Program-made: the position numbers and the translations under genes
Assembly: GCF_023055435.1 (NCBI RefSeq)
Contig: NW_025963850.1
Coordinates: forward strand, 1 to 64,000
Direction of reading: 5' to 3'
Length of the DNA: 64,000 bases
Source of the DNA: Haliotis rufescens
Lineage: Eukaryota
The notes under the pieces: generated by a model
What the model was told of the DNA's origin: nothing
The model's database searches: none
What the model saw: only the letters and a program-made list of their open reading frames with translations
Shown here: positions 27,101 through 39,690 of the stretch, piece by piece
Layout: each line of letters opens with the position of its first letter
Numbering within the stretch: position 1 is the stretch's first letter

Positions 27101-30100
27101 ATTTCCATAGTTCTAACAAGTTTTTTTATACAGTACGTTTGTATTAAAAACAAAAGCAAGAAGACAATGTGGACTTTTATTTTTAAATATAATATATTTC
27201 AATGTGTACAATGTATTCTGGCACTCTAAATCGACATTCAACGGGATCATGCTGTTGGAAAAAGGCTCTGAGTGAGTGAGTGAGTGAGCAAGCGAGCTTG
27301 GTTTCACGCCACCTTTAGCAATGTTCCAGCAATAGCGCGGTAGGGGACCCTAGAAATGGGCTTCAAACATTGTACCCGGGAATTGAACCCGGATCTTCGG
27401 CGTGATGAGTGAAAGCTTTGACCACTGGGCTACCCCACCCCACTGACCTGATATGAGACCGTATACCGTCAGTAACAGCCATTTAGGATTTTCATACACC
27501 AACTTCACATATTTCACAAGAATATTCTGGTACAGAAATCCGTTATTTGACACGGTTTTGTGTATTAATGAAATTAATTGTGATGTGCAAAGACATCAAT
27601 TTTTAAAACAACTACGTTCGTGACTTCATTACTAAAATTAATAGAGGAAAAAGGCTCACAACAGAGGTCATTGAACATAAAAGATGACGTCACGAACAAG
27701 AAACGCAACGCCAATAACGTCACATAGCAGTAGACCAGATAGAAGTCCATTGTTAGGGATAAGCGGACTGCTATCAAGTTACAGTTGACACCAGACTCCT
27801 GTTAACATAGGTCAGTTTTATTATAATTCTATCTTGTTTAAACGTTAACGTTTAGTGCTTTATTTATTCCATTGTTAACGTTTGTGTTTACATTAGAGCG
27901 TTGTATCGGAAACACGCCTTGCCCAATGTTTTTCTCTTTACCTAATATGACACCGTATACTGCCACTATAGACACCTTAGGGGTCAAACACTGAAGAACA
28001 GTGCTTTATTTTTTTGTCAATTATTCGTCACCAGTGGCTCTATATTGTTACAGGCAGCAGAAGCTGTACTATCGGAGGTGCCTCCTAGTGTCATGAGAAG
28101 CTGCCACACTGTCTGGTACAGGAAGTACATCTGGCGCAGGTTGCGAGAATATGCTGGTGAACATATTCCGCCTGATACTGACACACATAGTGAGTATAAG
28201 TATTGTTTTCCAAATATACCTCAAAACCTAAATACATACAAAAGACAAAAAACATTCCATATTCATGGTACACAATCAGAGTCGACCATGTCATTGGCAT
28301 GTGTTTATGAATCACTACCAAATAGTGTGTTCACGACAAGGTGAACATATCCTGCCAATAGCAATATATATCCCACAACAAAACTAGAATGTCCAAACCC
28401 ACGTACCACTGGGCGTACTTGTTATGTCAGAAAACTTTGTTATTATTCGTTTCCCGCTAAATCTAGCATTGTCGTACCACGTTTATGTACTGTAAGACGC
28501 AAGTTAGGGACAATTCATAAAGCGGTTCAGTTTATATGTTTGTTTAACGCCCCACTCAGCAATATTCCAGCTATATGACTGCGGACTGTAAATAATCGAG
28601 TCTGGACCAGACAATCCAGTGATTGATATCATGATCATCGATTCACGCAATCGGGATACGCTGTTATGCTTAACCAAGTCAGCGAGCCTGACCACCCGAT
28701 CCCGTTACAAGCATAGTCGCCTTTTACAGTCAAACATGGGAAGCTAATATTTGTTACATGTGTTGTGCTGAACTGAATATCAAGCATGTTGATGGTTAGG
28801 TTTTTAAGTAGTTCAATACTACTGAATAACTATATATTAGACAAATTGCATTAGAATGCTTAGAGACATTAACGTGAGTTATTAGATTGACACCCGCTGC
28901 TGGCTTGTTTCCAGCTATTCGAAAAACTAAAACCAGTAGCGAATCCACTGCTCCTGAATTAGCTGTATTACGCTCGGTCATTCGCCGGTCGGTCATCACC
29001 ACAACGTGGGTTTTCTGTATCAGTTCTGGTGTTGCTGACTTCACAGGCCTTCCAGGACGGGGGTCGTCTTCAAGGCACTCCCTGTTACACTCAAACTCTG
29101 CTGCCTAACTCGTTATGTTGACAGTGGGACATACTTCCCTAGTGCTGTATTCATATCTTCATGGATGGCTTTTGGCTTTGTTATATAAATCCTTTTTTTC
29201 TGCAATTCCACTTGACTGCACATTCCTAAAATTTGTCCATTTTCCAAAGGTCACAGACCTCTGCTTGTTTTGATTACTTTTGCGCAATTCCTTCTATCAG
29301 AGTCTCAGATATCAGTCAACCATCGTTGCTGATACATTGCTGAGAGAATATTGTCATTCACTCACTCACTTATTATTCACATGTTTTTAATGATGAAGTA
29401 ACGACTGGTATTATTTCCAATGTTGAAGTGAAATATTAAAGCAAGTACATCGTACATGTTACAGGTTGTATTGAAATGTTTGTAATATTTCTTGTTATTC
29501 AAGTACGAGTGAAGCCTGGCATACTGGAAAGTGTCCGGACCTCTATATTCGCAATGGGCAAAAACTTAATATTAATATTGCTATCACAGGATATTCAACA
29601 AATCCCGATTTGACGAAATATAACAATGTAGAGGGGTTGTATGTCGGTTATGATAAAGGAAGACAACTATTAAAATATGTTCCTAAATTCCGTGTTTTCA
29701 CTTGTACCATATGTTACCATGTTTCGCAAATTACCAATTGACTTGCCTTTGCATGTGTTTGTGATGTGTATCACCAGCAGGACAGGATATGTTCGCCTTT
29801 TCGTGGACACCTGATATTTGATAGGGATTAAAAAACACATGCTCATGAACGGTCATAGAGGATCATCAAATATATGTGAATTTTATATGTTGGCACATGG
29901 TGTTTATTGTGGTTGATACATAGATTTACAAAGAAAACAGCATGTACAAAAGCCAAAATCTCTTTAATGTCGATTCAAGTAGTACACATTGTAAGCGTTA
30001 AAATATATAATGTTTAAAAGTGTGTTTATTTCAAATATATTGCTAAATGATGAATTAACCTGTTTGGTTCTGTATTTGAAATATCGTTGTCCTTCTTGCA

Positions 30101-33100
30101 GTGCTTGAGTCTCCATGTGAAAAGCTGACAAATAATCCAGCGTCAACGAATGCCAGAGCGTTTGCGTATACAATAGTCAATATGTCGACCAGCATAGATG
30201 ATACGAGATACAGTTTGCATAAAGCAGCCAGCCTCGGTGATATAAGACGCATGCACTTGTTGATAGACCAGGGGGAGGATGTAGCAGGTACCGATGACCG
30301 AGGATGGACGCCTTTGCACTGTGCCTGTGAAAACGGTCACGTTACAGCTGTCTCTGATCTGGTTTCCAGGAGGACGGGCGACGTACAAAATAGAGCTCAA
30401 CTTACATTGTACAATCCTGTCTTAGGAACGGAGTATACGTATCTAGCAGGAGCATATCCACTCCACATTGCTTGTTTAAATGGACATGAGAATGTAGCGC
30501 ACATTTTGATCAATAGCGAGGCAAATGTTGACGACAAAAGTGAAAATGGAACAACAGCTCTTTTTCTTGCTTCTATTAACGGACATGAATCTGTAGCCGC
30601 ACTTCTGATCAAGAATGGTGCAAGTGTTACAGCTGAGGACGAGGGCGGATGGACGGCACTATATGTAGCTTGTCAGAATGGACATGAATCTGTAGCCGCA
30701 CTTCTGATCAAGAATGGTGCAAGTGTTACAGCTGAGGACAAGGACGGATGGACGGCACTATATGTAGCTTGTCAGAATGGACATGAATCTGTAGCCGCAC
30801 TTCTGATCAAGAGTGGTGCAAGAGTTACAGCTAAGGAAAAGGACGGATGGACGGCACTACATGTTGCTTGTCAGAATGGAGATGAATCTGTAGCCGCACT
30901 TATGATCAAGAATGGTGCAAGTGTTACAGCTGAGGAGAAGAACGGATTGACGGCACTACATCTAGCTTGCCAGAATGGACATGAATCTGTAGCCGCACTT
31001 CTGATCAAGAATGGTGCAAGTGTTACAGCTGAGGAGAAGGACCGATGGACGGCACTACATGTAGCTTGTCAGAATGGACATGAATCTGTAGCCGCACTTC
31101 TGATCAAGAATGGTGCAAGTGTTACAGCTGAGGAGAAGGACGGATGGACGGCACTACATCTAGCTTGTCAGAATGGAGATGAATCTGTAGCCGCACTTCT
31201 GATCAAGAATGGTGCAAGTGTTACAGCTGAGGAGAAGGACGGATCGACGGCACTACATCTAGCTTGTCAGAATGGACATGAATCTGTAGCCGCACTTCTG
31301 ATCAAGAATGGTGCAAGTGTTACAGCTGAGGACAAGGACGGATGGACGGCACTATATGTAGCTTGTCAGAATGGACATGAATCTGTAGCCGCACTTCTGG
31401 TCAATAGTGGTGCAAGTGTTACAGCTGAGGACAAGGACGGATGGACGGCACTATATGTAGCTTGTCATAATGGACATGAATCTGTAGCCGCACTTCTGAT
31501 CAAGAATGGTGCAAGTGTTACAGCTGAGGAGAAGAACGGATCGACGGCACTACATCTAGCTTGCGAGAATGGACATGAATCTGTAGCCGCACTTCTGATC
31601 AAGAATGGTGCAAGTGTTACAGCTGAGGACAAGGACCGATGGACGGCACTACATGTAGCTTGTCAGAATGGACATGAATCTGTAGCCGCACTTCTGATCA
31701 AGAGTGGTGCAAGTGTTACAGCTGAACACAAAGACGGACGAACGGCATTACATCAAGCTTGTCAGGATGGGCATGAATCTGTAGCCGCACTTCTGATCAA
31801 GAATGGTGCAAGTGTTACAGTTGAGGACGAGGACGGATGGACGGCACTATATGTAGCTTGTCAGAATGGACATGAATCTGTAGCCGCACTTCTGATCAAG
31901 AATGGTGCAAGTGTTACAGCTGAGGACAAGGACGGATGGACGGCACTACATGTAGCTTGTCAGAATGGACATGAATCTGTAGCCGCACTTTTGGTCAATA
32001 GTGGTGCAAGTGTTACAGCTGAAGACAAGTACGGATGGACGGCACTACATCGAGCTTGTCAGGACGGACATGAATCTGTAGCCGCACTTCTGATCAAGAA
32101 TGGTGCAAGTGTTACAGCTGAGGACAAGGACCGATGGACGGCACTATATGTAGCTTGTCAGAATGGACATGAATCTGTAGCCGCACTTCTGATCAAGAAT
32201 GGTGCAAGTGTTACAGCTGAGGAGAAGGACGGATGGACGACACTACATGTAGCTTGTCAGAATGGACATGAATCGGTAGCCGCACTTCTGATCAAGAGTG
32301 GTGCAAGTGTTACAGCTGAACACAAAGACGGACGAACGGCATTACATCAAGCTTGTCAGAATGGAGATGAATCTGTAGCCGCACTTCTGATCAAGAATGG
32401 TGCAAGTGTTACAGCTGAGGAGAAGGACGGATCGACGGCACTACATCTAGCTTGTCAGAATGGACATGAATCTGTAGCCGCACTTCTGATCAAGAATGGT
32501 GCAAGTGTTACAGCTGAGGACAAGGACGGATGGACGGCACTATATGTAGCTTGTCAGAATGGACATGAATCTGTAGCCGCACTTCTGGTCAATAGTGGTG
32601 CAAGTGTTACAGCTGAAGACAAGGACGGATGGACGGCACTACATCGAGCTTGTCAGGACGGACATGAATTTGTAGCCGCACTTCTGATCAAGAATGGTGC
32701 AAGTGTTACAGCTGAACACAAAGACGGATGGACGGCATTACATCGAGCTTGTCAGAATGGACATGAATCTGTAGCCGCACTTATGATCAAGAATGGTGCA
32801 AGTGTTACAACTGAGGACAAGGACGGATGGACGGCACTACATGTAGCTTGTCAGAATGGACATGAATCTGTAGCCGCACTTCTGATCAAGAGTGGCGCTA
32901 GTGTTACAGCTGAGGACGAGGACGGATGGACGGCACTACATCTAGCTTGTCAGAATGGACATGAATCTGTAGCCGCACTTCTGATCAAGAGTGGCGCTAG
33001 TGTTACAGCTGAGGACGAGGACGGATGGACGGCACTAGATCTAGCTTGTTTGAATGGGAATGAATCTGTAGCCGCACTTCTGGTCAAGAATTGTGCAAGT

Positions 33101-33139
33101 ATTACAGCTGAGGACAAGGACGGATGGAATAAAGAGTAA
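21186..33139 (+). CDS. Gene A: CG-1-like + Ulp1/SENP-type C48 peptidase + about 29 ankyrin repeats (1589 aa, 7 exons)
   Basis: Exons 21186-21369, 23137-24146, 24706-24834, 25876-26033, 26668-26782, 28054-28189 and 30102-33139. All GT-AG, phases 1,0,0,2,0,1; 4770 nt without an internal stop. C48 motifs WLGDE|VMNAYM, ILMPVN..NQHWVLL (His 25933), VVNS and QSDGHSCGVF (Cys 26762). N-terminus PAQPHGGDGYLY..DSWENDNYYF..FKRQAYNL..YILVHY resembles CG-1. The ANK exon is the 1012-aa ORF. Confidence 0.8.
24518..24695. mobile_element. Tc1/pogo-like MITE remnant in gene A intron 2
   Basis: Begins tacagg..gttataacgaact and has repeated inverted ttcgttataa(c/g) motifs. Ends just before the exon 3 acceptor. 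Confidence 0.5.
27269..27442 (-). mobile_element. tRNA-derived SINE (family 1)
   Basis: Reverse-complement copy with (GAGT)n tail. Confidence 0.8.
28520..28740 (-). mobile_element. SINE-like repeat (family 3)
   Basis: Reverse complement of the 9665-9880 type. Confidence 0.7.
28940..29245 (-). mobile_element. Mariner transposase N-terminal remnant in gene A intron 6
   Basis: Frameshifted translation MDKF*...PKAIHEDMNTALG...AAEFECNRECLEDDPRPGRPVKSATPELIQKTHVVVMTDRRMT, the mariner HTH / EDDPRSGRP / DRR motifs. Confidence 0.75.
30590..33126 (+). repeat. Coding minisatellite: about 25 near-identical 99-bp ankyrin units
   Basis: Unit ...gaatctgtagccgcacttctgatcaagaatggtgcaagtgttacagctgagga.aaggacggatggacggcacta.at.tagcttgtcagaatggacat. 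Confidence 0.95.
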
Positions 33140-33189
33140 ATAATAGCCAACTTTAGTACTACTATTACAGTCTGAAGTACGTGTAACAG

Positions 33190-33330
33190 ATGTCGCGTCT
33201 CCTTGGGCAAGTGACTTTGTTCGAATTGTCCTTTTTTCCACCCAGCAGTGAGCGGGTACCCGGTAGGATGAGATGGCAATGTGGTTGTTAACCTTCTAGC
33301 GCCTAACAGGCAGCTTTGTTTGTATACTCT
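33190..33330 (+). repeat. CORE-SINE-like fragment in the 3' region of gene A
   Basis: tccttgggcaagtgacttt...ccacccagcagtga.cgggtacc. Confidence 0.45.
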
Positions 33331-34589
33331 CCATTGAGCTGAGAATGATTTTTGGGTGAACACTTTTCAATGTCTAAGCTTAGAGTATGCTTGTGCATGG
33401 AGAACAGTGCCATTCAAATAACGTGGATTTTATGTCCGCTTTCGGGTTTGATTTTTATTTGTTGCAAGGTCATAGGAGTTGCCTACCATGTCAGTTTTCG
33501 CAACTGTCCTTGTTTCATGGACAGAGGTTCATATAAACCATGAAACGTTTACTCAAATACATGTCTGATTTGTATTACTGTCCAATGATATTTAAAATGC
33601 TTTGAATAATAAAAAGAAATATTCAGAGAATGTTATTGGTGCCTTTCAGCTAAATTACAAAATGTTATTGAGTTACTTGTGTCTAATACCTGAACATGAC
33701 CTACTTTCAGTTATGTTATCAATGTCAAATATTGAGTTATAGATTCAGTGCCCAAGGGACGCAACTCTGCACAGCGAATCGCGGCGCATCCGTGCCCCCC
33801 GAGTTATAGATTCATGATTGAAATCATTCTTATGGCACCCAATAATTGCTTTTATCCTATGAGTCATAACTGGTTTTGTAAAACTCACAATCCAAGTGCA
33901 TACCTTTAGAAAAACAATACCATGTTGAACATTTATTCTTTTTTGGATTTTTTAAATAAAACTTTAAATGTTTATACGATTCTGTTAAATCATTTCATCT
34001 TCTGGGGAGAAGAGGTGGCCTAGTGGTTAAAGTGTCCGTTCGTTCTGGGAGTTTGATTCCCCACATTGGTACATTGTGTGAAACTCAAGGCTGGAATACT
34101 AAAAATAAGATTGTGTTCTTTAATCCGATTGGTTGAAAAACATGATTTACATCAGTTTGTCTGACTGATAACTGAACTTACTTAAATTAAATTTAAAATG
34201 AATAAGTTACCAAGACTAGAACACGCGTACGCCAGCAGACAAAATATCCGGCCCGTGAAGAGAATTAGAATTAGGTCTTCAGCAAACAATGCCTGCTCAT
34301 AGAGTCGCAAGCTCCGACGTTCATACAGTTTGGCCCTACACTCTATGAAGGTTCATACTCCAATGAACTCGCACAAAGTGAAGATCAATTCTTAATTGAA
34401 TGCATTGAATTTCATTTCCAAAATATAAACCACATAGTGACCAAGAATTACATCCATCGGGCACTCACATTAAAAAAAGGAAGCCAAATTCTTGGGAATA
34501 AGTTTTGAAGACCATCTTAATTTCTAGCCATATGTTAAAAATCTTAGCAAATGGCTGAAGGAACTGGATTTATCAGGTCGGGGAAAACC

Positions 34590-34675
34590 CCCAACTGGTG
34601 ACAATGAACCCAACTGGTGACAATGAACCCAACTGGTGACAATGAACCCAACTGGTGACCATGAACCCAACTGGT
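34590..34675 (+). repeat. 19-bp tandem repeat, about 4.5 copies
   Basis: cccaactggtgacaatgaa. Confidence 0.9.
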
Positions 34676-35149
34676 AGAATAAACTGGTCCTGTGTGGCTA
34701 CAAAAACCTTGCGGTGTTTTGTCCGTGCGTTGTCTGTACTACTTGGCGCATGATGGTGCGTATAAAATTCATTATGAAAACTTCTTTCATTCATCGATTC
34801 TTATAATATTACCCCGTTTGTTGCGCAGGTTATTGTGAACCCGAGTACCTCTTCGCCATTTGGACGGTTCATTCGCGTTACGCCGACTTTCAGAAAAGAT
34901 TATTCGCGTTACGCGGTTTTTCTTTGATGTGTGCGTGTTATGTTAACACACGAGGTTGTTACAAGCAAGCAATGAATGGTGTTTTTGGATGGTGTTCACG
35001 ACACATTCTAACAGTAGAAACAACAGATTTATGATGCATTTTGTGTCGTTTATTCCACACATTATATAGTATCAAAAGCAGCGACATGACAAATTTCAAT
35101 TTGGTACAACGAACAGAACATGATTTACATGAATTATTACATTTTTTTA

Positions 35150-35895
35150 ACTTAATTAGAATGGCTGATGCAACATCGGCACAGTGGACGATGTCGATTT
35201 CTTGCCTCTCCAGCCTCATCTTCAAATTGGCGATCTTGCGGTCGACTTCTGAGTATTTCTTCTTCTTGGGAGGTCTCTTCTGAACTGCTTCGTACTGCGC
35301 TCTGAATTTCCGAGGACTTCTGCTCTTTGGAAAGGAAGGTAATCATCTCGAAAATGTTGGGATGTGCCTTTCACGTGATCTTCAGTCGACTGTGCCATCC
35401 CTCCAGGTAGTTGTTTGTACGTGGCCCATCATTGTTGAAGTGGTTCCACTGGTTGATGTGGAGATCGCACTCGATCCACTTGCTGGTCATGTAGTCTGCA
35501 AGTCTTTGACATCTTTCATCGTCTAGAACGCGCTCCATTAGGTCAAGGAAGTAGTCTTCAACCTTAAGATAAAAATGTAATCCTGTCAGTTTCACACATT
35601 AACATGCATATTGAATATATTACACATTAACATGTATATTACGTATATCAAGTTAATAGAGTCTAATCTAACGGTCTGGTTACTACTTACATTGCCAACA
35701 GGAATGAGTGGCATTATTGCACACTGCTTGACGAACTTTGTAATCTCTGGTCTGTCAGTATAGTCTTTCTGCATGTTGCACTGTTGGGTCTTCCGCCATA
35801 CACACTGGGCAAAGTGGAAGAAGCATCCCTTCCATGTGGCACGAGGAAACCGCGATATGGCAGCATTCCTGGCAGCGACTTCGAAGTCCATCTGA
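35150..35895 (-). mobile_element. Mutator-like (MULE) transposase C-terminal remnant with an intron; disrupted
   Basis: MDFEVAARNAAISRFPRATWKGCFFHFAQCVWRK (DFE, CxFH), intron at about 35691-35564, then VEDYF...WNHFNNDGPRTNNYLEGWHSRLK*..HPNIFEMI (RTNNxxEGWH). Has a stop and a frameshift. Confidence 0.85.
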
Positions 35896-37300
35896 TGAAA
35901 ATAAATTAAAATTTATTATGATTTTTAAAGTTTATTTTGACCCCAAATGTCTAAAGGTCGGCGTAACGTGAAGACACCATTTGGACACATTCTGTGCTTT
36001 AAATCAGTCAAAAACACTAAATTGAAAGTCAAAAATTACCTGAAATGTACTTTGTCAACCACTCTCTCCGTCCACCATGCTTCCTACTCTGACCCGCCAC
36101 CTGCAGTCCAGGCAGTCAGGTAACGCCCAATTCGGGCCTTGGCGTCAGTGATCAATGGAAATTTTTTGAAATAGTTCGCGCTGCATTGCTAAAAGTGGCA
36201 ATAAGTGTAGGCAATTCATAGTCTTTGTGCTGTATCATAATGTTTTTATGGACATTTAACTGTTGAATATACATGTGTATGTATTACAAATAAATTTCGT
36301 TGTTATTTATGAAAAGAAGTATAAAATATTGTTATGTTGGTAAAATTTGTTTCAGGATGTTAAAGTAAAAAAATCCACAAAGAGGAATCAATGGCAGTGG
36401 GTGGGCTTTTCTGACTCTTTGCGATCTTCTGGCGTAATGAAGAGTTTCTTCACTGTGGGTCTTCCACCCTTTTCTAGAAGATTCTCCTTAATCATTATTT
36501 CTCTGAAATAATTTCGGAAATAAATGTCACTATTTTCCTAATAAACACAAAAAATAATCTGTGTATGTGTGTGTGTGCGTGTGCGTGTGCGTGCGTGCGT
36601 CAGAGTCAGAGAAAATGGCGTCGTGCCACTGCTATACATCTGGATCTAACACGTGATTTTGTCCAGGCCTGTCAGGTGGGGTGTGCAAGGGCTTGCCTCT
36701 AAATGCTTGCTTTTTCTAAGCCAAGATCTCCACCCTGCTATCTCCGGCGACAGGGAATTGTCAGTAGCTCATCACCAACTGGCATCAGTATGTTGGTTTT
36801 CATCTGTTATACAAAATTATTGATTATAGAAGCCTACTTGGAGATCAGAGGATCTGATGCAAGTGATCCCCATCAGATGGCCACACCGGGGTATCAATGA
36901 GTCCCAAAGGTATTTCACATGTTGTGATATACTATAAATTTTACAAACTTTTACAATCAATTTAAAACACATTATGTAGGTTTAATGAACCGCAAATATG
37001 CATATATTAATGTTTTCATTTTCTTCCAGCTTAACAAACGCGTTCCAATTAACAATGAAACGATTCATTTAATGAAACCCACACATCTTTCGCAAACTCA
37101 GGCTGCACCAATTTCAACAACCTCGCATGTTAGTACCCAAACTCCTGAACCGCTTCCAACACTGTATGGTCAACTTCAAACCCCAAACATCTACTTCTAT
37201 CACTTACCCCGAGTCAAGAACTCCCACGGTTGAAACCACAACTGACATCACAAAAAGGTCCAACAAAAGACGTAAACAAAAACAAAGCAGTCATAACCAA

Positions 37301-37501
37301 ACTATTTGTCCTATTTGTGACAGTTTATATGGGTGCACTGTGGACAATAATGCCAAGTGGATTGGTTGTGACTAAAAGGAAACCCTTTGCAATTATTGGG
37401 TGCATTGGGAATGCATCGGGATTTACGTCAGGAAAGTGGCTGATTTACAAAACATCACCTATCAATGCCCAGAGCATAACAAAATTGAAAGGTGTAAATA
37501 A
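37301..37501 (+). pseudogene. PHD-finger exon with an in-frame stop (probably a transposon accessory gene)
   Basis: ICPICDSLYGCTVDNNAKWIGCD*KETLCNYWVHWECIGIYVRKVADLQNITYQCPEH: C4-H-C2-H spacing of the PHD type. Confidence 0.7.
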
Positions 37502-38128
37502 AATGAAGATTATTAAGATGATTTTGGTTATTTTTGTCCCAAAAAAGTTTTTTTGTGCATAATACTTGTTTTTATATTAAAAACATCCATTAGAATCGGA
37601 TTCGAACTCGTATTCCCTTCACCCGCAGTCAGCGACGTTACCAAATGAGCTAAACTGCACATGTGAATGGAGCAGAATTAAAAGTACATACTTAAACCTT
37701 CTTAAAACATTATTTAACTTTACAGACGTAGGTCATTTTAAAACATTCCACAGACTTTTGCGTACAATTTAAGTGATTGGTTTATGGCCCCATGTAGTTT
37801 TATCTGACCATCACGTCGAAAGCGTGTTGCGGATCAAGGAAATACGCTTTAAATAAATCAAGTTAAAATCTAAATATATACTTTTTCAAAAGAAGTTAAG
37901 AAGACTATGGTTAATTAGTCAAGGCTGATTGTATTGCAAACTACAATCTTATAAATGTGGGTGTTCTATAACTTGTTTTCGGTAGTGTATGATGTTACAG
38001 TATGTCATACTAATGTCCGTAAATATTCATTTTGACATGTGCTGTATGATCAATTTGAATTGTGTCTCTTGTTTTATGCACATCTACAAGTATATGTACT
38101 TGCATATAGTAATTTGATAAACACCGCT

Positions 38129-38290
38129 GTGAGTGAGAATGGTTTTGCGTCGCTTTTAACAATAATCCAGCAATATCTCGTCGGGGAACGCCAGAAATGG
38201 GCTTCACACATTGTACCCATGTGGGGAATCGAACTGGGGCTTCGGCGTGGCGAGCGAACGCTTTAACCACTACGCTATCCCACTGACCCC
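38129..38290 (-). mobile_element. tRNA-derived SINE (family 1)
   Basis: Reverse-complement copy: ggttcgattccccacatgggtacaatgtgtgaagcccatttctgg. Confidence 0.8.
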
Positions 38291-39054
38291 TATCGCTGTG
38301 GCGTTATCACAGTTGATATGTGTACATGTGTAAACTACACATATGGAGAGACATCCTAATTAGTGTGGCCACAGAGTTAACGTTGATAACAATATGAAGT
38401 GCATTACTATGATTATCTATAACATATGTTAAATCAGCCACCATTGTAATATTTTATGTAAATATATTAAGTTTAGTTTTGTCATAATTATATATGTGTG
38501 TGTGTGTGTGTTTGTGTGTGTGTCTGGCTCATTGTCTGTGTATATATACCTAATATGTATCTAATCGATCTGTATTCAGAAGGGAAACATAACTGTGTAA
38601 ATGAATAACTTTTTTTCTGCATGATGTACATGCATCTTTATCAATGCAGTTGTGATCCCGCAATCGGACGAACACACATTAGGGCTTCAACTTTAAATCT
38701 GATGACCGACAAAATAATTCTTTGGACGTTACAAACAATACAAACAGTGGCTGATTATACTGACAATTATTTGTCAATATATGATCTATATGTAAATCAT
38801 TATTTGTGCCAGTTCAATTTAACCTTTAAAGTTTCAGTTTTAAGATTGATAAAAGAATGTGTGTGTGTATGTGTGTGTGTTTTATGAACAAAATGAAAAT
38901 ATGAACAGTGACTATTCTGTTGTAGTCTGTGAATCTTGCTTATTTACTACACTACAAGAAAATAAACACGTGTATATACAAACTAAACGCGATAACATTA
39001 TGTACATGTATCCATATGTAACATATTTATCTACTACAAGGTGTTGAACAAATC

Positions 39055-39690
39055 TAATTATAACAGGCAAAATAGCGGTGATAGTTATAGGAATGGATCA
39101 TTGAATATCCGTAAAAAACGTTTTAATGTATTGCATTATGGGAAATATCGCTTTCTCACTCGATCTATTGCTTTATCGTTTTTTTGCTTTCTCGCTCTAT
39201 CCCTCTTATTCTCTCTATTGCTTTATCGTTTTCTCACTTTCTGGCACTATTGCTTTCTCTAATGACTAACCATATATAATTATAGGAGGCAAAATAGCGG
39301 TGATAGTTATAGGAATGGATCACTGAATATTAGTAAACACCGTTTTAATGTATGGCATTATGGGAAATATCGCTTTTTCGCTCTATCGAATTTTTGCTTT
39401 CTCACACTATCCCTTTCTCTCTCTATCTCTCTATCACTTTCTCACTTTCTGGCTCTATCGCTTTCTCTAATGACTAACTATATATAATTATAAGCGGCAA
39501 AATAGCGGTGATAGTTATAGGAATGGATCACTGAATATTAGTAAACACCGTTTTAATGTATGGCATTATGGGAAATATCGCTTTTTCGCTCTATCGATTT
39601 TTTGCTTTCTCACACTATCCCTTTCTCTCTCTATCTCTCTATCACTTTCTCACTATCTCTCTATCGCTTTCTCTAATGACTAACCATAAT
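39055..39690 (+). repeat. Satellite, 3 units of about 200-220 bp
   Basis: ggcaaaatagcggtgatagttataggaatggatca recurs at about 39066, 39288 and 39496, with CT-rich internal subrepeats. Confidence 0.9.

Noticed and set aside
30590-33126. CRISPR-like array
   Set aside because: 99-bp in-frame coding repeats without unique spacers; eukaryotic context; no cas genes.
30101-33139. 1012-aa ORF as a stand-alone ankyrin gene
   Set aside because: It starts at a GTG overlapping a strong acceptor (ttcttgcag|). It joins in phase to exon 6, and the paralog has the same layout, so it is better read as a terminal exon.
34590-34675. CRISPR-like short repeats
   Set aside because: Head-to-tail 19-mers with no spacers.
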